NCBI GenBank assembly: GCA_038120295.1
Contig: JAYOLL010000001.1
Span: 205,140-269,139 of the forward strand
DNA length: 64,000 bases
Direction: 5' to 3'
Source: Rhodospirillales bacterium
Lineage (GTDB): Bacteria > Pseudomonadota > Alphaproteobacteria > MPNO01 > UBA2964
Shown: positions 1-9,114 of the stretch, piece by piece
How positions within the stretch are numbered: position 1 is the stretch's first letter
Layout of the letters: each line of letters opens with the position of its first letter
Notes under the pieces: generated by a model
Database searches by the model: none
What the model saw: only the letters and a program-made list of their open reading frames with translations
What the model was told of the DNA's origin: nothing
Position numbers and translations under genes: made by a program

Positions 1-993
1 GCGCTGTTTGCGTCGATCACAGGCTCTTCGATCGCCTCCGCGTCCGTGTTTACCCGGATAGCGGTTCCGGAAATGCGACGGTTCGGTTATTCGCGCCCGT
101 TTTCCGTCGGCGTTGTGGCCGGTAGCTCTGTGCTGGGAATGCTGATCCCGCCATCGGCGATGCTGATTATCTTTGCGATTGTGGCAGAACGGTCGGTCGG
201 CGACATGTTCATCGCCGGCTTCATTCCTGGAATCATGCTCGCTGTTGCCTTTATTCTCGGCATTCTGCTGATGTCCTACATCAAGCCGTCGTTCATCGGT
301 GAAAGGCTGTCGCGGTCGGAAGAAGAAGCACCGCCTGAGATGAGTGCAAAGGAGATATTCGGGCTTCTGTTGCCCGTCGCAGGGCTGGTGGTTGTGGTTC
401 TGGGCGGCATTTATTCCGGTTGGTTTTCGCCTGAGGAAGCGGGGGCCGCCGGGTCTGCCGGCGCACTCGCCATCGGGTTGTTGAAGCGCAGGCTGACCTG
501 GCGTGGATTCTGGCGTGTGCTGGTGGAAACGGGCCAGATCACCGCCGCCATCCTGTTCCTCATCATCGCCGCTTCGATGTACAGCCGGATGCTCGGCGTT
601 GCGGCTTTGCCGACGCTGTTCAGCGAATGGCTTGCGGACCTGAATTTGGGGCTGACAGGACTTATGGTGATCTACGTCATCCTGATGGTGGCGCTCGGTA
701 CGATCATCGAGACTGCGTCCATCATCCTGATCGTCGTACCACTGTTTCTCGGTTCGGTAGAGGCGCTCGGCGGCGATATCGTGTGGTTCGGGATCGTTAC
801 GGTGATCGGCGCCGAGATAGGTCTGTTAACGCCCCCGCTGGGCATATCGTGCTTTACGATCAAGAGTACCATTCGAGATCCGTCAATCACGCTTCGGCAT
901 ATCTTCACCGGCGCGTTTCCGTTCGCGGTAATCATGCTGCTGGTGCTGATCCTGATCATTGCTTTCCCCTGGCTCAGCCTTGCGCTGCTATAG
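1..993 (+). CDS. TRAP transporter large permease (DctM family), 5'-truncated by window edge
   Basis: Frame 1 is open from base 1. Polytopic membrane protein with DctM-like segments (GSSIASASVFTRIAVPEM..., LLMSYIKP..., LLTPPLGISCF). Stop at 991-993. Confidence 0.7.
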   Translation, partial: ALFASITGSSIASASVFTRIAVPEMRRFGYSRPFSVGVVAGSSVLGMLIPPSAMLIIFAIVAERSVGDMFIAGFIPGIMLAVAFILGILLMSYIKPSFIGERLSRSEEEAPPEMSAKEIFGLLLPVAGLVVVVLGGIYSGWFSPEEAGAAGSAGALAIGLLKRRLTWRGFWRVLVETGQITAAILFLIIAASMYSRMLGVAALPTLFSEWLADLNLGLTGLMVIYVILMVALGTIIETASIILIVVPLFLGSVEALGGDIVWFGIVTVIGAEIGLLTPPLGISCFTIKSTIRDPSITLRHIFTGAFPFAVIMLLVLILIIAFPWLSLALL

Positions 994-1032
994 CGTTAGC
1001 GGCAGAATTCCGGCCATCCAAAGGAGGCGTAC

Positions 1033-1431
1033 ATGATCAAAATGAAGGGGCTGACCCATTTCACCATTCCGGTGAAGGACCTGGAAAATTCGAAAGACTT
1101 CTACGTCAACACGCTCGGGTTCGAGTTCGTCCGGGAGAACCCGCATATGGTGTTCTGCAAGTGTCAGAACGATTATTTCGTTCTGACTCGGTCGGAAAAC
1201 CCGATCGATCCCAACCCGGGCGATAGTCATGACATCCACACCGCGTTCTATGTCGATTCCGACGAGTACGATCGGGCGCTGGATTACCTTGAGGGTAAAG
1301 GCATCCGGGTGTTCAAGTCAGAGGAACGCCACGGTGATGCTACCTTCACCGGCCGCAGCGCCTATTTCCACGACCCGGACAGGAACGTCCTGGAACTGCT
1401 GGATTCCGACAAGGGAACCCATCACGACTGA
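1033..1431 (+). CDS. VOC/glyoxalase-bleomycin resistance family protein
   Basis: 132 aa. HFTIPVKDLENSKDFYVNTLGFEFV and AYFHDPDRNVLEL glyoxalase-fold motifs. AAAGGAGG RBS 5 nt upstream of ATG. Confidence 0.7.
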   Translation: MIKMKGLTHFTIPVKDLENSKDFYVNTLGFEFVRENPHMVFCKCQNDYFVLTRSENPIDPNPGDSHDIHTAFYVDSDEYDRALDYLEGKGIRVFKSEERHGDATFTGRSAYFHDPDRNVLELLDSDKGTHHD

Positions 1432-1451
1432 CCGGTCGTCTTACGGCAAAA

Positions 1452-1489
1452 GAAAAACCCCCGGGCGGATGCCCGGGGGTTTTGTTTTT
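1452..1489. terminator. Bidirectional rho-independent terminator between convergent genes
   Basis: CCCCCGGGC-GGAT-GCCCGGGGG hairpin (9-bp GC stem). Flanked by an A-run upstream and TTTTGTTTTT downstream. Confidence 0.6.
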
Positions 1490-1505
1490 CGACCTGTTCG
1501 GAAGA

Positions 1506-2819
1506 TCAGCTCTTGCAGTCGAGCTTCTTCGCCGTGGTCTTGTTGCCGTAGTAATGGAAGGTGCAGTTCATGCCCATCTTGATGGCCTTCCGCTTCGCTT
1601 TCTTGCCGTCTACGAGCACTTCGGTCTTGCTGCCGGAGACGTTGGCCCGGCGGTTCTTGCCCTTGTAGTCGATGGTGATTCGGCGGCCGTCGCGCTGGAT
1701 TTTGACGACCTTACCGGCTTCGACGACGATCGGCAGTTCGACCTTCTCGACCGGGCCCTTGAACTTGAACATTTCCTTCAGGGCAGCCATCTTCTCGGTC
1801 GGGGTCTTGGACAGCTCCTTAAGAATTTTTTCGATCTCGTCGCCCGACACGAACTCGATTTCGCGTTTAATACGCTTGGCGTCGGCGAGGAATTCCGGGT
1901 CCTTGGTCATTGCCGCAAAAGCATTCTTCATTGCGACGACACGCGCTCTCGGCACTTCCGCCGCCATGGCGAACGGACGACCGAATACCGGCGGGATCAC
2001 CGTCAGCTGGAAGTACAGCCTCGCGTCTTCCATGGTCACGCCCTTGGCGAGCTGGTCCTTGGTCAGCACGTCGCTCAGGAGCGGTACGCTCAGCTTTGTC
2101 ATCTGCGGATCGGGATGCAGCGAAATCTGCACCAGCGGGACGATCTCGCCGCTATCCAGCATGTGCTTGGCCTGTTCCGCGAACGAAGCCCAGCTCTGGC
2201 ACACGCCGTCGAGCTCGCCGCGACCGATCGCCAGATGAATCTGCGGCGTGGCCGGATAACCACGGATCAGCTTCATGTTGGCGCCCATCGTGTTGCGCAG
2301 AAGGGCCGGCCAGAACTCGGTCGAATTCGGTCCGGTGCCGCCGAATGTGAGCTGTTTGCCGAAAAGATCGCTGAAATTTTTCACGCCGGTCCGTTTCGCG
2401 ACGGCGCAGACGCCGGCTTCCTTGGCGAGACTGCCCAGCCAGTTGAGCTCCGCTGCCTTGAACTTCGGACCCTTCTGGCCCATCAGCTGGACCAGCGGAA
2501 CCGACCGCTGCAGACCGCCGACGATCGAGCCGTCCTTGGGCGCGGCGTTGAACACGAAGTTCGCGCCGATAATGCCGCCGGCGCCCGTCATGTTCTGAAC
2601 GATCATGGTCGGGTTACCGGGGATGTGCTTGCCGATATGGCGCGCGACAAGACGCGCATACACGTCGTAACCGCCGCCGGCGCCGGAGCCGACGATCATT
2701 TTCAGGCGTTTGCCTTTGTAGAAATCCTCAACCTCGTCAGCGGATGCGGACGGGGCCGCGATGCCGAAACCGACGGCTACGGCCAGCGCCGCAGCGGAAA
2801 TGCGTTTTATAGTTTTCAT
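1506..2819 (-). CDS. Bug/TctC-family periplasmic solute-binding protein with an extra Lys-rich C-terminal domain of about 110 aa
   Basis: Signal peptide (AAALAVAVGFGIAAPSASA). TctC-like core (IVGSGAGGGYDVYARLVA...VQNMTGAGGIIGANFV...APKDGS). 437 aa versus about 325 typical. AGGAGG RBS upstream of ATG 2819. Confidence 0.65.
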   Translation of the reverse strand: MKTIKRISAAALAVAVGFGIAAPSASADEVEDFYKGKRLKMIVGSGAGGGYDVYARLVARHIGKHIPGNPTMIVQNMTGAGGIIGANFVFNAAPKDGSIVGGLQRSVPLVQLMGQKGPKFKAAELNWLGSLAKEAGVCAVAKRTGVKNFSDLFGKQLTFGGTGPNSTEFWPALLRNTMGANMKLIRGYPATPQIHLAIGRGELDGVCQSWASFAEQAKHMLDSGEIVPLVQISLHPDPQMTKLSVPLLSDVLTKDQLAKGVTMEDARLYFQLTVIPPVFGRPFAMAAEVPRARVVAMKNAFAAMTKDPEFLADAKRIKREIEFVSGDEIEKILKELSKTPTEKMAALKEMFKFKGPVEKVELPIVVEAGKVVKIQRDGRRITIDYKGKNRRANVSGSKTEVLVDGKKAKRKAIKMGMNCTFHYYGNKTTAKKLDCKS

Positions 2820-2939
2820 AAATTTACCTCCTGTTCAGGGCGGGCGACATCTTCTGCCCGCCCGTGGCCGGGAGATTAGCAATGCTAAGCCGTCGGGCCA
2901 ATGGCGAATTTATGGCGGAAATCGGGCGATTGATTGCGG

Positions 2940-3680
2940 TTAGTGGCGATTGCCGAGGTCTCGTAACTCTTTCAGAACCGGCATGTCTTCGATATCCCGC
3001 TCCGTCAGGCAGGACCAGTCTATTCCGGCAGGGGCCGGAAGAGGGGAGGCGATTTCGAATGCGCCCTGCGGCGTCGCAATGGCGGAGAGCGGCAGGTCGG
3101 TTGGTTCGGACGGAAAATCGCCGACCAGACCGATATCGTGTACGGTCGTGGCGACCGGGACGGCGCGATGGCCGAGTTCGCGCAGGATGGCGAATTCGAT
3201 GTCGCTATAGCCTTCTCCCTTGCCGCAGCGCTTTCCGGCGCGCGTGACCGCGACGGAGCCGGCAACGATGGCGTCGACCTGCGGCATATCCTCGAGGGCG
3301 ACCAGTTCTCCCCATTGTTCCGAGCTCGATAGCGCTGCGGCCTCGTTGAACTTGTCCGGCGGAAGGCGGGCAGGATCGAATTTCCTGAATCCCGCCTTGA
3401 GTCTCGGCGTCGGCATGAAATAGGTGATGCCGCGGCGCAGGGCTTCGACGCGTACCGGCTTTTGCGGAGAATCGGGGTTTATTTTGAGAAGCTTCGCATC
3501 GCGCCAGGGCGGCAGCGTGAACAGATGCCTTGCTGCCGCTTCCGCCCCCTTGAAGTTGGGAATACGGCCGCGCACGGGAAAGGGGAAACGCGCCAGTTTT
3601 CGTTCGGTCAGAGCTTGCCAGATTGTCTCGCGGGCGTCGGCTTTCGATTTGAATTTCCGGTCGCCGAAATCGTCGCTCAT
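2940..3680 (-). CDS. 5-formyltetrahydrofolate cyclo-ligase family protein
   Basis: 246 aa from the internal ATG at 3680, which forms an ATGA overlap with the stop of the upstream gene. The longer ORF to 3842 would overlap that gene. 5-FCL-like N-terminus (KSKADARETIWQAL) and Gly-rich core. Confidence 0.55.
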   Translation of the reverse strand: MSDDFGDRKFKSKADARETIWQALTERKLARFPFPVRGRIPNFKGAEAAARHLFTLPPWRDAKLLKINPDSPQKPVRVEALRRGITYFMPTPRLKAGFRKFDPARLPPDKFNEAAALSSSEQWGELVALEDMPQVDAIVAGSVAVTRAGKRCGKGEGYSDIEFAILRELGHRAVPVATTVHDIGLVGDFPSEPTDLPLSAIATPQGAFEIASPLPAPAGIDWSCLTERDIEDMPVLKELRDLGNRH

Positions 3681-5776
3681 GATCGGTTGCTGCCTGACAC
3701 CATCAGCGCGAACCCGTATGACAAGGCGATTTCCTTGAGTCGATCGAAACGGCCGGACGCCCCGCCATGCCCGGCGTCCATATTGATCCAGCACAGAATA
3801 TCGGTGTTTCCCTGATTGTGATGGCGTAGCTTTGCCGCCCATTTAGCAGGTTCCCAGTAGGTGACGCGCGGATCTGTCAGCCCGCCGGTCGCCAGAACAT
3901 TGGGATAGGCCTTATCCGCGATGTTGGTATAGGGGCAATAAGCGGCCATGTCGTTGAAGGCCTCTTCCTCGCGGATCGGATCGCCCCATTCTACCCATTC
4001 GGGAGGAGTCAGCGGCAGGGTCTTGTCCGACATGGTGTTGATTACGTCGACGAACGGGACCTCGGCCAGAATGCCGCGGAACAGGTCGGGCCGCATGTTC
4101 GCTACCGCACCCATCAGCATGCCGCCGGCTGACCGTCCCTGCGCGACGATGGAGCCGACAGAGGTGTATTTCCGTTCCACCAGCATCTCGGCTGCGGCGA
4201 TGAAATCGCGGAACGTGTTCATCTTTTTCTTCATCTTGCCGTCGAGATACCAGCCATAACCGCGATCGGTGCCGCCCCGGATATGGGCGACGGCATGAAC
4301 GAAGCCGCGGTCCACCAGGCTGAACACGTTGGGGGAGAAGGCGGCAGGGATAGAGATGCCGTAGGAACCGTACCCGTAAAGAAGCAGTGGCGCTGTGCCG
4401 TCGACCGGCGTCGATTTCGCGTGCAGGACTGTCACCGGAACTTCGATGCCGTCATGACTCTTGGCGTAGAGCCGCCGGCAGACGTATTTTTCGGGGTCGT
4501 GGCCTGACGGAATTTCCTGTTCCTTGCGTAACTGGCGCGTTCTCGTCGCCATGTCGTAATCGTAGATCCGTTGCGGCGTGGTCGGCGAGGAGTAGGCGAA
4601 ACGCAGGATCGTCGTCGCGAACTCGTAGCCAGGCATCAGAGACAGGTCGTAGGCTTCCTCGTCGAACGCGATGGCGTGTTCCTCGCCGGTGGCGATCTCG
4701 CGGATGACAATGCGGGGCAGAGCGTCCTCCCGCTCTAGCCGTACGAGGTGTCGTTCGAACAGCAACATCGAACGGATCAGACGACCGGGCTGGTGCGGCA
4801 CGACCTCCGTCCAGTTCCCCGGCGAGGGGTCGGCGATGGGGGCGGAAACGATCTTGAAATCCAACGCACCGTCGTGGTTGGTGCGGATGAAGAACGATTC
4901 GCCGTGGTCGCTGAAATCGCACGTGATCCCGGTTTCCTTCGCCCACAGCATACGGGGTGGATCCTCCGGTCTTGCCGCATCGATGGCAAGGACCTCTGTC
5001 GTGTCGGAATGGTCATGGGAGTCGATCAAGATGAAGCGCCCGCTCTCGGTCTCGCCCGCACTCATATAAAAAGCCGGGTCGCTGTCCTCATGGATGGAGA
5101 CATCGGTCTGCGGGTCGGTGCCCACAACATGCCGCATCACCCGGCACGGTCGATGGTTTTCGTCGAGCACCGTATAGATAAGTGATGACGAGTCCCGCGA
5201 GAAGGACAGGTCGCCCAGCGCATCCTGAAGCAGGTCGGGCAGCGTCGTGCCACGTTCGAGGTCGCGAATCTCAACCGTGCAGTACTCGGACCCGTTTCGG
5301 TCGATCGCCGCGGCCAGCAGTCGGTGGTCCGGCGCGTGCGCCGCGCCGTTGACCGAGAAGAATTTCTCGCCCTCCGCTTCCGCATTGCCGTCGATCAGGA
5401 CCTGCTCTCCTGAGCCGTCAGTCACACCGCGCGGTCGGCGGCAGTATATCGGATACTGCTGGCCGGTCTCGAACCGCCGGTAATACTCCCAGTCGCCGTC
5501 GGGCGACGGCACCGTGGAATCGTCCTCCTTTATCCGTCCCTTGAGCTCCTCGAAAAGCGTTTCGCGCAGGTTTTCTATCGGTGCGAGAACGTGATCCGTC
5601 CAGGCATTCTCCGCCTCGAGATGGGTGCGAATGTCCGGGGCCAGCGCATCCGGTTCGCGCATGACGCGCTGCCAGTCCTCGTCCTTGAGCCACGCGTACG
5701 GATCGCTCAGCGTGCGGCCGAACCGTTCTTCCGTCTTTTCGCGCCGTTCGGCGCAGGGTGGTGATTCTTTTGTCAT
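3677..5776 (-). CDS. ptrB: Oligopeptidase B (protease II, S9A prolyl-oligopeptidase family)
   Basis: 699 aa. N-terminal SDPYAWLKDE (matches E. coli PtrB DNYYWLRD). Beta-propeller region. C-terminal catalytic domain with GRSAGGML (Ser nucleophile) and the PYTNIADKAYP / GHGG region. Start chosen at MTKESPP; an alternative start is 5809. Confidence 0.8.
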   Translation of the reverse strand: MTKESPPCAERREKTEERFGRTLSDPYAWLKDEDWQRVMREPDALAPDIRTHLEAENAWTDHVLAPIENLRETLFEELKGRIKEDDSTVPSPDGDWEYYRRFETGQQYPIYCRRPRGVTDGSGEQVLIDGNAEAEGEKFFSVNGAAHAPDHRLLAAAIDRNGSEYCTVEIRDLERGTTLPDLLQDALGDLSFSRDSSSLIYTVLDENHRPCRVMRHVVGTDPQTDVSIHEDSDPAFYMSAGETESGRFILIDSHDHSDTTEVLAIDAARPEDPPRMLWAKETGITCDFSDHGESFFIRTNHDGALDFKIVSAPIADPSPGNWTEVVPHQPGRLIRSMLLFERHLVRLEREDALPRIVIREIATGEEHAIAFDEEAYDLSLMPGYEFATTILRFAYSSPTTPQRIYDYDMATRTRQLRKEQEIPSGHDPEKYVCRRLYAKSHDGIEVPVTVLHAKSTPVDGTAPLLLYGYGSYGISIPAAFSPNVFSLVDRGFVHAVAHIRGGTDRGYGWYLDGKMKKKMNTFRDFIAAAEMLVERKYTSVGSIVAQGRSAGGMLMGAVANMRPDLFRGILAEVPFVDVINTMSDKTLPLTPPEWVEWGDPIREEEAFNDMAAYCPYTNIADKAYPNVLATGGLTDPRVTYWEPAKWAAKLRHHNQGNTDILCWINMDAGHGGASGRFDRLKEIALSYGFALMVSGSNRS

Positions 5777-5970
5777 CGGTCCGTCTCGTGTCTGGGTAAC
5801 GCGGCGCATCTATATCGACGTCGGGTCGATACAGGCAAGTCTCGGACCAACACAAAAAGTTCGAAATTATTCTTCGGCCAGTGACCCGTTTAGAGATTCG
5901 ACCCGTACAGGCAACGCGTTCGTCGAATGCGGCGCAGAAGCGAGCAAACTTTCTCACAGGAGACATCAAA

Positions 5971-6465
5971 ATGTTTGGTATCAAATCACTAGCACGGGTT
6001 GCTGCCTTTACGGCAGCGCTTTTCCTCTCAGCGACTGGCGCCAAGGCCATGGAGAAGGACATCGTCGACACGGCCGTTGCGGCGGGGTCGTTCAGTACCC
6101 TCGTAGCCGCGGTCAAAGCGGCGGGACTGGTCGAGACGCTGAAATCCAAGGGGCCTTTCACCGTATTCGCTCCGACCGACGAAGCTTTCGCAAAGCTGCC
6201 CAAGGGTACGCTTGAGAATCTGTTGAAACCGGAGAACAAGGATAAGCTGGTCGCAGTTCTGACCTATCACGTGCTGTCAGGAAAGGTGATGGCATCCGAC
6301 ATCGCCGGAAAGAAGATGGACGTGCCGACCGTGCAGGGCAGCAAGGTTGCGGTCGACGCCACCTCCGGCGTAACGGTCGACAAGGCGAACGTCGTAAAAG
6401 CCGATATCGCGACGTCGAACGGCGTGATCCATGTTATCGACACGGTAATTCTGCCGGTCCAGTAA
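5971..6465 (+). CDS. Secreted fasciclin (FAS1) domain protein
   Basis: 164 aa. Signal peptide ([26 protein letters not shown]). FAS1 motifs [40 protein letters not shown] before ATG 5971. Confidence 0.8.
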   Translation: MFGIKSLARVAAFTAALFLSATGAKAMEKDIVDTAVAAGSFSTLVAAVKAAGLVETLKSKGPFTVFAPTDEAFAKLPKGTLENLLKPENKDKLVAVLTYHVLSGKVMASDIAGKKMDVPTVQGSKVAVDATSGVTVDKANVVKADIATSNGVIHVIDTVILPVQ

Positions 6466-6489
6466 CCGCACAAGCTCTGAAAACACGAC

Positions 6490-6522
6490 GGGCCGGCATC
6501 ATGCCGGCCCGTTTTCGTTTTT
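6490..6522 (+). terminator. Rho-independent terminator downstream of the fasciclin gene
   Basis: GGGCCGGCA-TCA-TGCCGGCCC hairpin followed by GTTTTCGTTTTT. Confidence 0.6.
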
Positions 6523-6634
6523 GCATATTCGACGGCAACTATGCCCGGATTCAGCCGTGAATTCGTGCGCGGGCCGGTGATCCATGTTCCTGCCAACCCC
6601 GTATCGGAAGTAGTAGCAAGAATGGAGCAGGCAT

Positions 6635-7549
6635 ATGGATTCACAAATTGATGCATCGAGGGACCGATCGGACAAGCTCAATGCTACTGCAAGCAGATTT
6701 CTGACAGCAGATGAGGAAAGACACCTGATCACCTGTTGGCAGGACGCGCGGGACAAACGCGCGCTCGACAGGATTGTTCGTGCCTTTGCTCCCCTGGTTG
6801 CACGGCACGCCCACGCATTACGGAAATACACCGATCAACGCGATGACCTGATTCAGGAAGGAAATATCGCTCTCATGGAAGCCATATCGCGCTTTGACTC
6901 TGAACGAGGGGCGAGATTCGGAACCTACGCCAGCTGGTGGGTGAAAGCGCGTATGCAGGATTACGTCTTGAGCAACCGGTCGGTCGTGCGTATTCCCCGG
7001 TCGCGCGAAAAAAAGAGCCTGTTCTTCAAGATGCGGCACCTCGAGGCAAAGCAGTTTCAGAACGGTACTGACGATCGGCAGGGAGTCGAAACTGTTTCCG
7101 CAGCACTCAATATTCCTGTCGGCGACGTCGTTCGCGTAGCAGCGCTGATGTCAGGCGATCAGGCCATGGAGGCGCCAGTTCCGGCAACCGGTATGGAGTT
7201 TGGTAGCATGCTGGCCGACCCGGCGCCCGGACCAGAAGAAACTGTTGCTGCGCGCCAAAGCATCGACGCTTGCCGCCTCTTGCTCGGCGAGGCCATGGAC
7301 GATCTATCCGACCGTGAAAGAGAGATAATCAAGGCCAGAAAACTTACGGAAGCCCCCCGGACACTGAAGGAACTGGCCGCAGATTTCGGTGTCTCGACAG
7401 AAAGGGTTCGCCAGATCGAAGGCTCAGCCCTGATCAAGCTACGCGAAGCTATAGAGACCTCATTCAGCTTTCCCGTAGATCTGTTGCCAGATTCCCCCTC
7501 CTTTGTAGCAACCGGAAGGTCCGGGACCGTCGGTCAGGCTCTTTATTAA
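6635..7549 (+). CDS. rpoH: RNA polymerase sigma-32 (RpoH-type, heat shock) factor
   Basis: 304 aa. Sigma-70 region 2 (DLIQEGNIALMEAISRFDSERGARFGTYASWWVKARMQDYVL). RpoH-box-like REKKSLFFKMRHL. Region 4 HTH (TLKELAADFGVSTERVRQIEGSALIKLR). Confidence 0.8.
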   Translation: MDSQIDASRDRSDKLNATASRFLTADEERHLITCWQDARDKRALDRIVRAFAPLVARHAHALRKYTDQRDDLIQEGNIALMEAISRFDSERGARFGTYASWWVKARMQDYVLSNRSVVRIPRSREKKSLFFKMRHLEAKQFQNGTDDRQGVETVSAALNIPVGDVVRVAALMSGDQAMEAPVPATGMEFGSMLADPAPGPEETVAARQSIDACRLLLGEAMDDLSDREREIIKARKLTEAPRTLKELAADFGVSTERVRQIEGSALIKLREAIETSFSFPVDLLPDSPSFVATGRSGTVGQALY

Positions 7550-7571
7550 GCGGTGCTGGAGGTGATTGATG

Positions 7572-8147
7572 TCACCGCTCGCCTTCGCCGTCTATCAGGA
7601 TAAACGCCATGGTGCAGTATTCGTCTCCGCGGTTTACCCAGGCGTGGTTGGTGCCGCGCTGGACCATCACGTCGCCGGGCTTCATCACTACTTCGCTATC
7701 GTCGAGCAGCATGGTCATCTCGCCCGACAGGCAGATCGCGTAATCGACCGTGTCGGTACGGTGCATGAAGGAATGGCGGTTCGCCTGCGTTTCGTTGGCA
7801 TTGTCTTCGTGCTGCAGCGCGCCGTCGGCGCCGTATTCCTCGAACGCCTTTTTCGCGGTTTCCTCGTCGACCGTGCCGACTTGGTTTTCCGGCGGGAACT
7901 CGATCAGGCGGAAAGTCGTGCCGTTGGTTGGCGGCGGCAGAGGAAGGTCCACGCTGGTCTCTTCCTCCGGTCCGTCATAGCGCGCAGGTGCGGATTTGGT
8001 GGTCCACATATTGTGAAAGATCACGCCCGGACGGTTGGGGGTGGTCTTGACTCCCGGCGTCGGGCCGTCCGCGATGACGATCGCCTTTCCGCTGGAATCG
8101 TGTCCGGTAACGATACGGCGAATGCCGACAGGCTGTTTCTCGGTCAT
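7572..8147 (-). CDS. Cupin-2 domain protein
   Basis: 191 aa. C-terminal cupin barrel with MKPGDVMVQRGTNHAWVNRGDEYCTMAFI. Likely co-transcribed with the upstream hydrolase (17-bp gap). Confidence 0.65.
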   Translation of the reverse strand: MTEKQPVGIRRIVTGHDSSGKAIVIADGPTPGVKTTPNRPGVIFHNMWTTKSAPARYDGPEEETSVDLPLPPPTNGTTFRLIEFPPENQVGTVDEETAKKAFEEYGADGALQHEDNANETQANRHSFMHRTDTVDYAICLSGEMTMLLDDSEVVMKPGDVMVQRGTNHAWVNRGDEYCTMAFILIDGEGER

Positions 8148-8164
8148 TGAATAATCTCCTGGTT

Positions 8165-8962
8165 TTAAAGACGGTTCAGGAAGCCCAGCAGGGCCTGATT
8201 GAAATCGGCCGGGTTCTCCATGTTGGAAATATGCCCGGCTCCGGGCACGACATGCAGCTCCGAGCCGGAAACCGCCTGCTGCATCGGGCCCATCGTGTCG
8301 GCATTGGCTGCCGGGTCGAATTCACCGCAGATGAACTGGGTCGGTACCCGGATGCGGTCGAGGCGTGCCTTGTAGTTGATGTCCTGCAGCGCATTCGAAC
8401 AGCCGATGAACCCGTCGAGCGAGGTCGTGGCGATCATGCCCTTGATCTTTTCCATCACGGGCGCATTGGCCGGGTCCGTGTGAAATTTTTCCGTAAACCA
8501 GCGATTGGCCGTTGGCTCAGCCATGCCGTCCATGCCGACTTCTTTCGCCATGGCGATGCGGTCGTCCCAGGCGGCGGTGAAATCGGGCAGGGACTCGCAG
8601 CGCAGGTCGCAGCCGATATAGGCCGCCAGTCGGTCTTCGTAATCGATGGCGAGGCCGAGACCGGTCGTGCCGCCCATCGACAGGCCGCAGAACACGCTGC
8701 GCCGTACGCCGAGCTCATCCCAGATCGCGACGACATCGGCGGCCAGTTGATCGAACGAATAAGGGGGCGTCGTCGCCTGGGTCTTTCCGTGGCCGCGCTG
8801 GTCGTAGCGAAGCACGCGCCAGTTATCCGACAGCAGCGCCGCCTGTTCGTCCCACATGGTGATGTTGGTGGCGAGCGAGTTGGAAAAGGTGATCCACGGC
8901 GCGCCTTCCGGTCCGTCGACTTCGCAATTGAAAGTGATGCCGTTCGCGGCAACGGTCGGCAT
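8165..8962 (-). CDS. Alpha/beta-hydrolase (3-oxoadipate enol-lactonase-like)
   Basis: 265 aa. GLSMGG nucleophile elbow, HGKT oxyanion region, C-terminal GAGHISNMENPADF. Confidence 0.7.
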   Translation of the reverse strand: MPTVAANGITFNCEVDGPEGAPWITFSNSLATNITMWDEQAALLSDNWRVLRYDQRGHGKTQATTPPYSFDQLAADVVAIWDELGVRRSVFCGLSMGGTTGLGLAIDYEDRLAAYIGCDLRCESLPDFTAAWDDRIAMAKEVGMDGMAEPTANRWFTEKFHTDPANAPVMEKIKGMIATTSLDGFIGCSNALQDINYKARLDRIRVPTQFICGEFDPAANADTMGPMQQAVSGSELHVVPGAGHISNMENPADFNQALLGFLNRL

Positions 8963-9114
8963 GGCAAGCCCCCCGGCTGTTATCGATAGGGGACCTGATA
9001 CGGTTTTTGCCGCAGGCGGTCAACGGAGGCAGCGGCGGGATAATATGCGCCCTATCCGACCGGATGCCGGGTTCCTATGATGGTTTGCAATAAAAGAGGT
9101 AACGGGAGGCGCCG

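Noticed and set aside
6520-6634. Search for a sigma-32/sigma-70 promoter upstream of rpoH (for example CCCCGTAT at 6597-6604)
   Set aside because: The -10-like element lacks a correctly spaced CTTGAA-type -35, so no promoter can be called with confidence from sequence alone.
7547-7585. Possible hairpin (AGCGGTG...CACCGCT) between the convergent rpoH and cupin genes
   Set aside because: It has only a 7-bp stem with a 17-nt loop and no U-tract. Part of it lies inside the cupin coding sequence. It is not convincing as a terminator.
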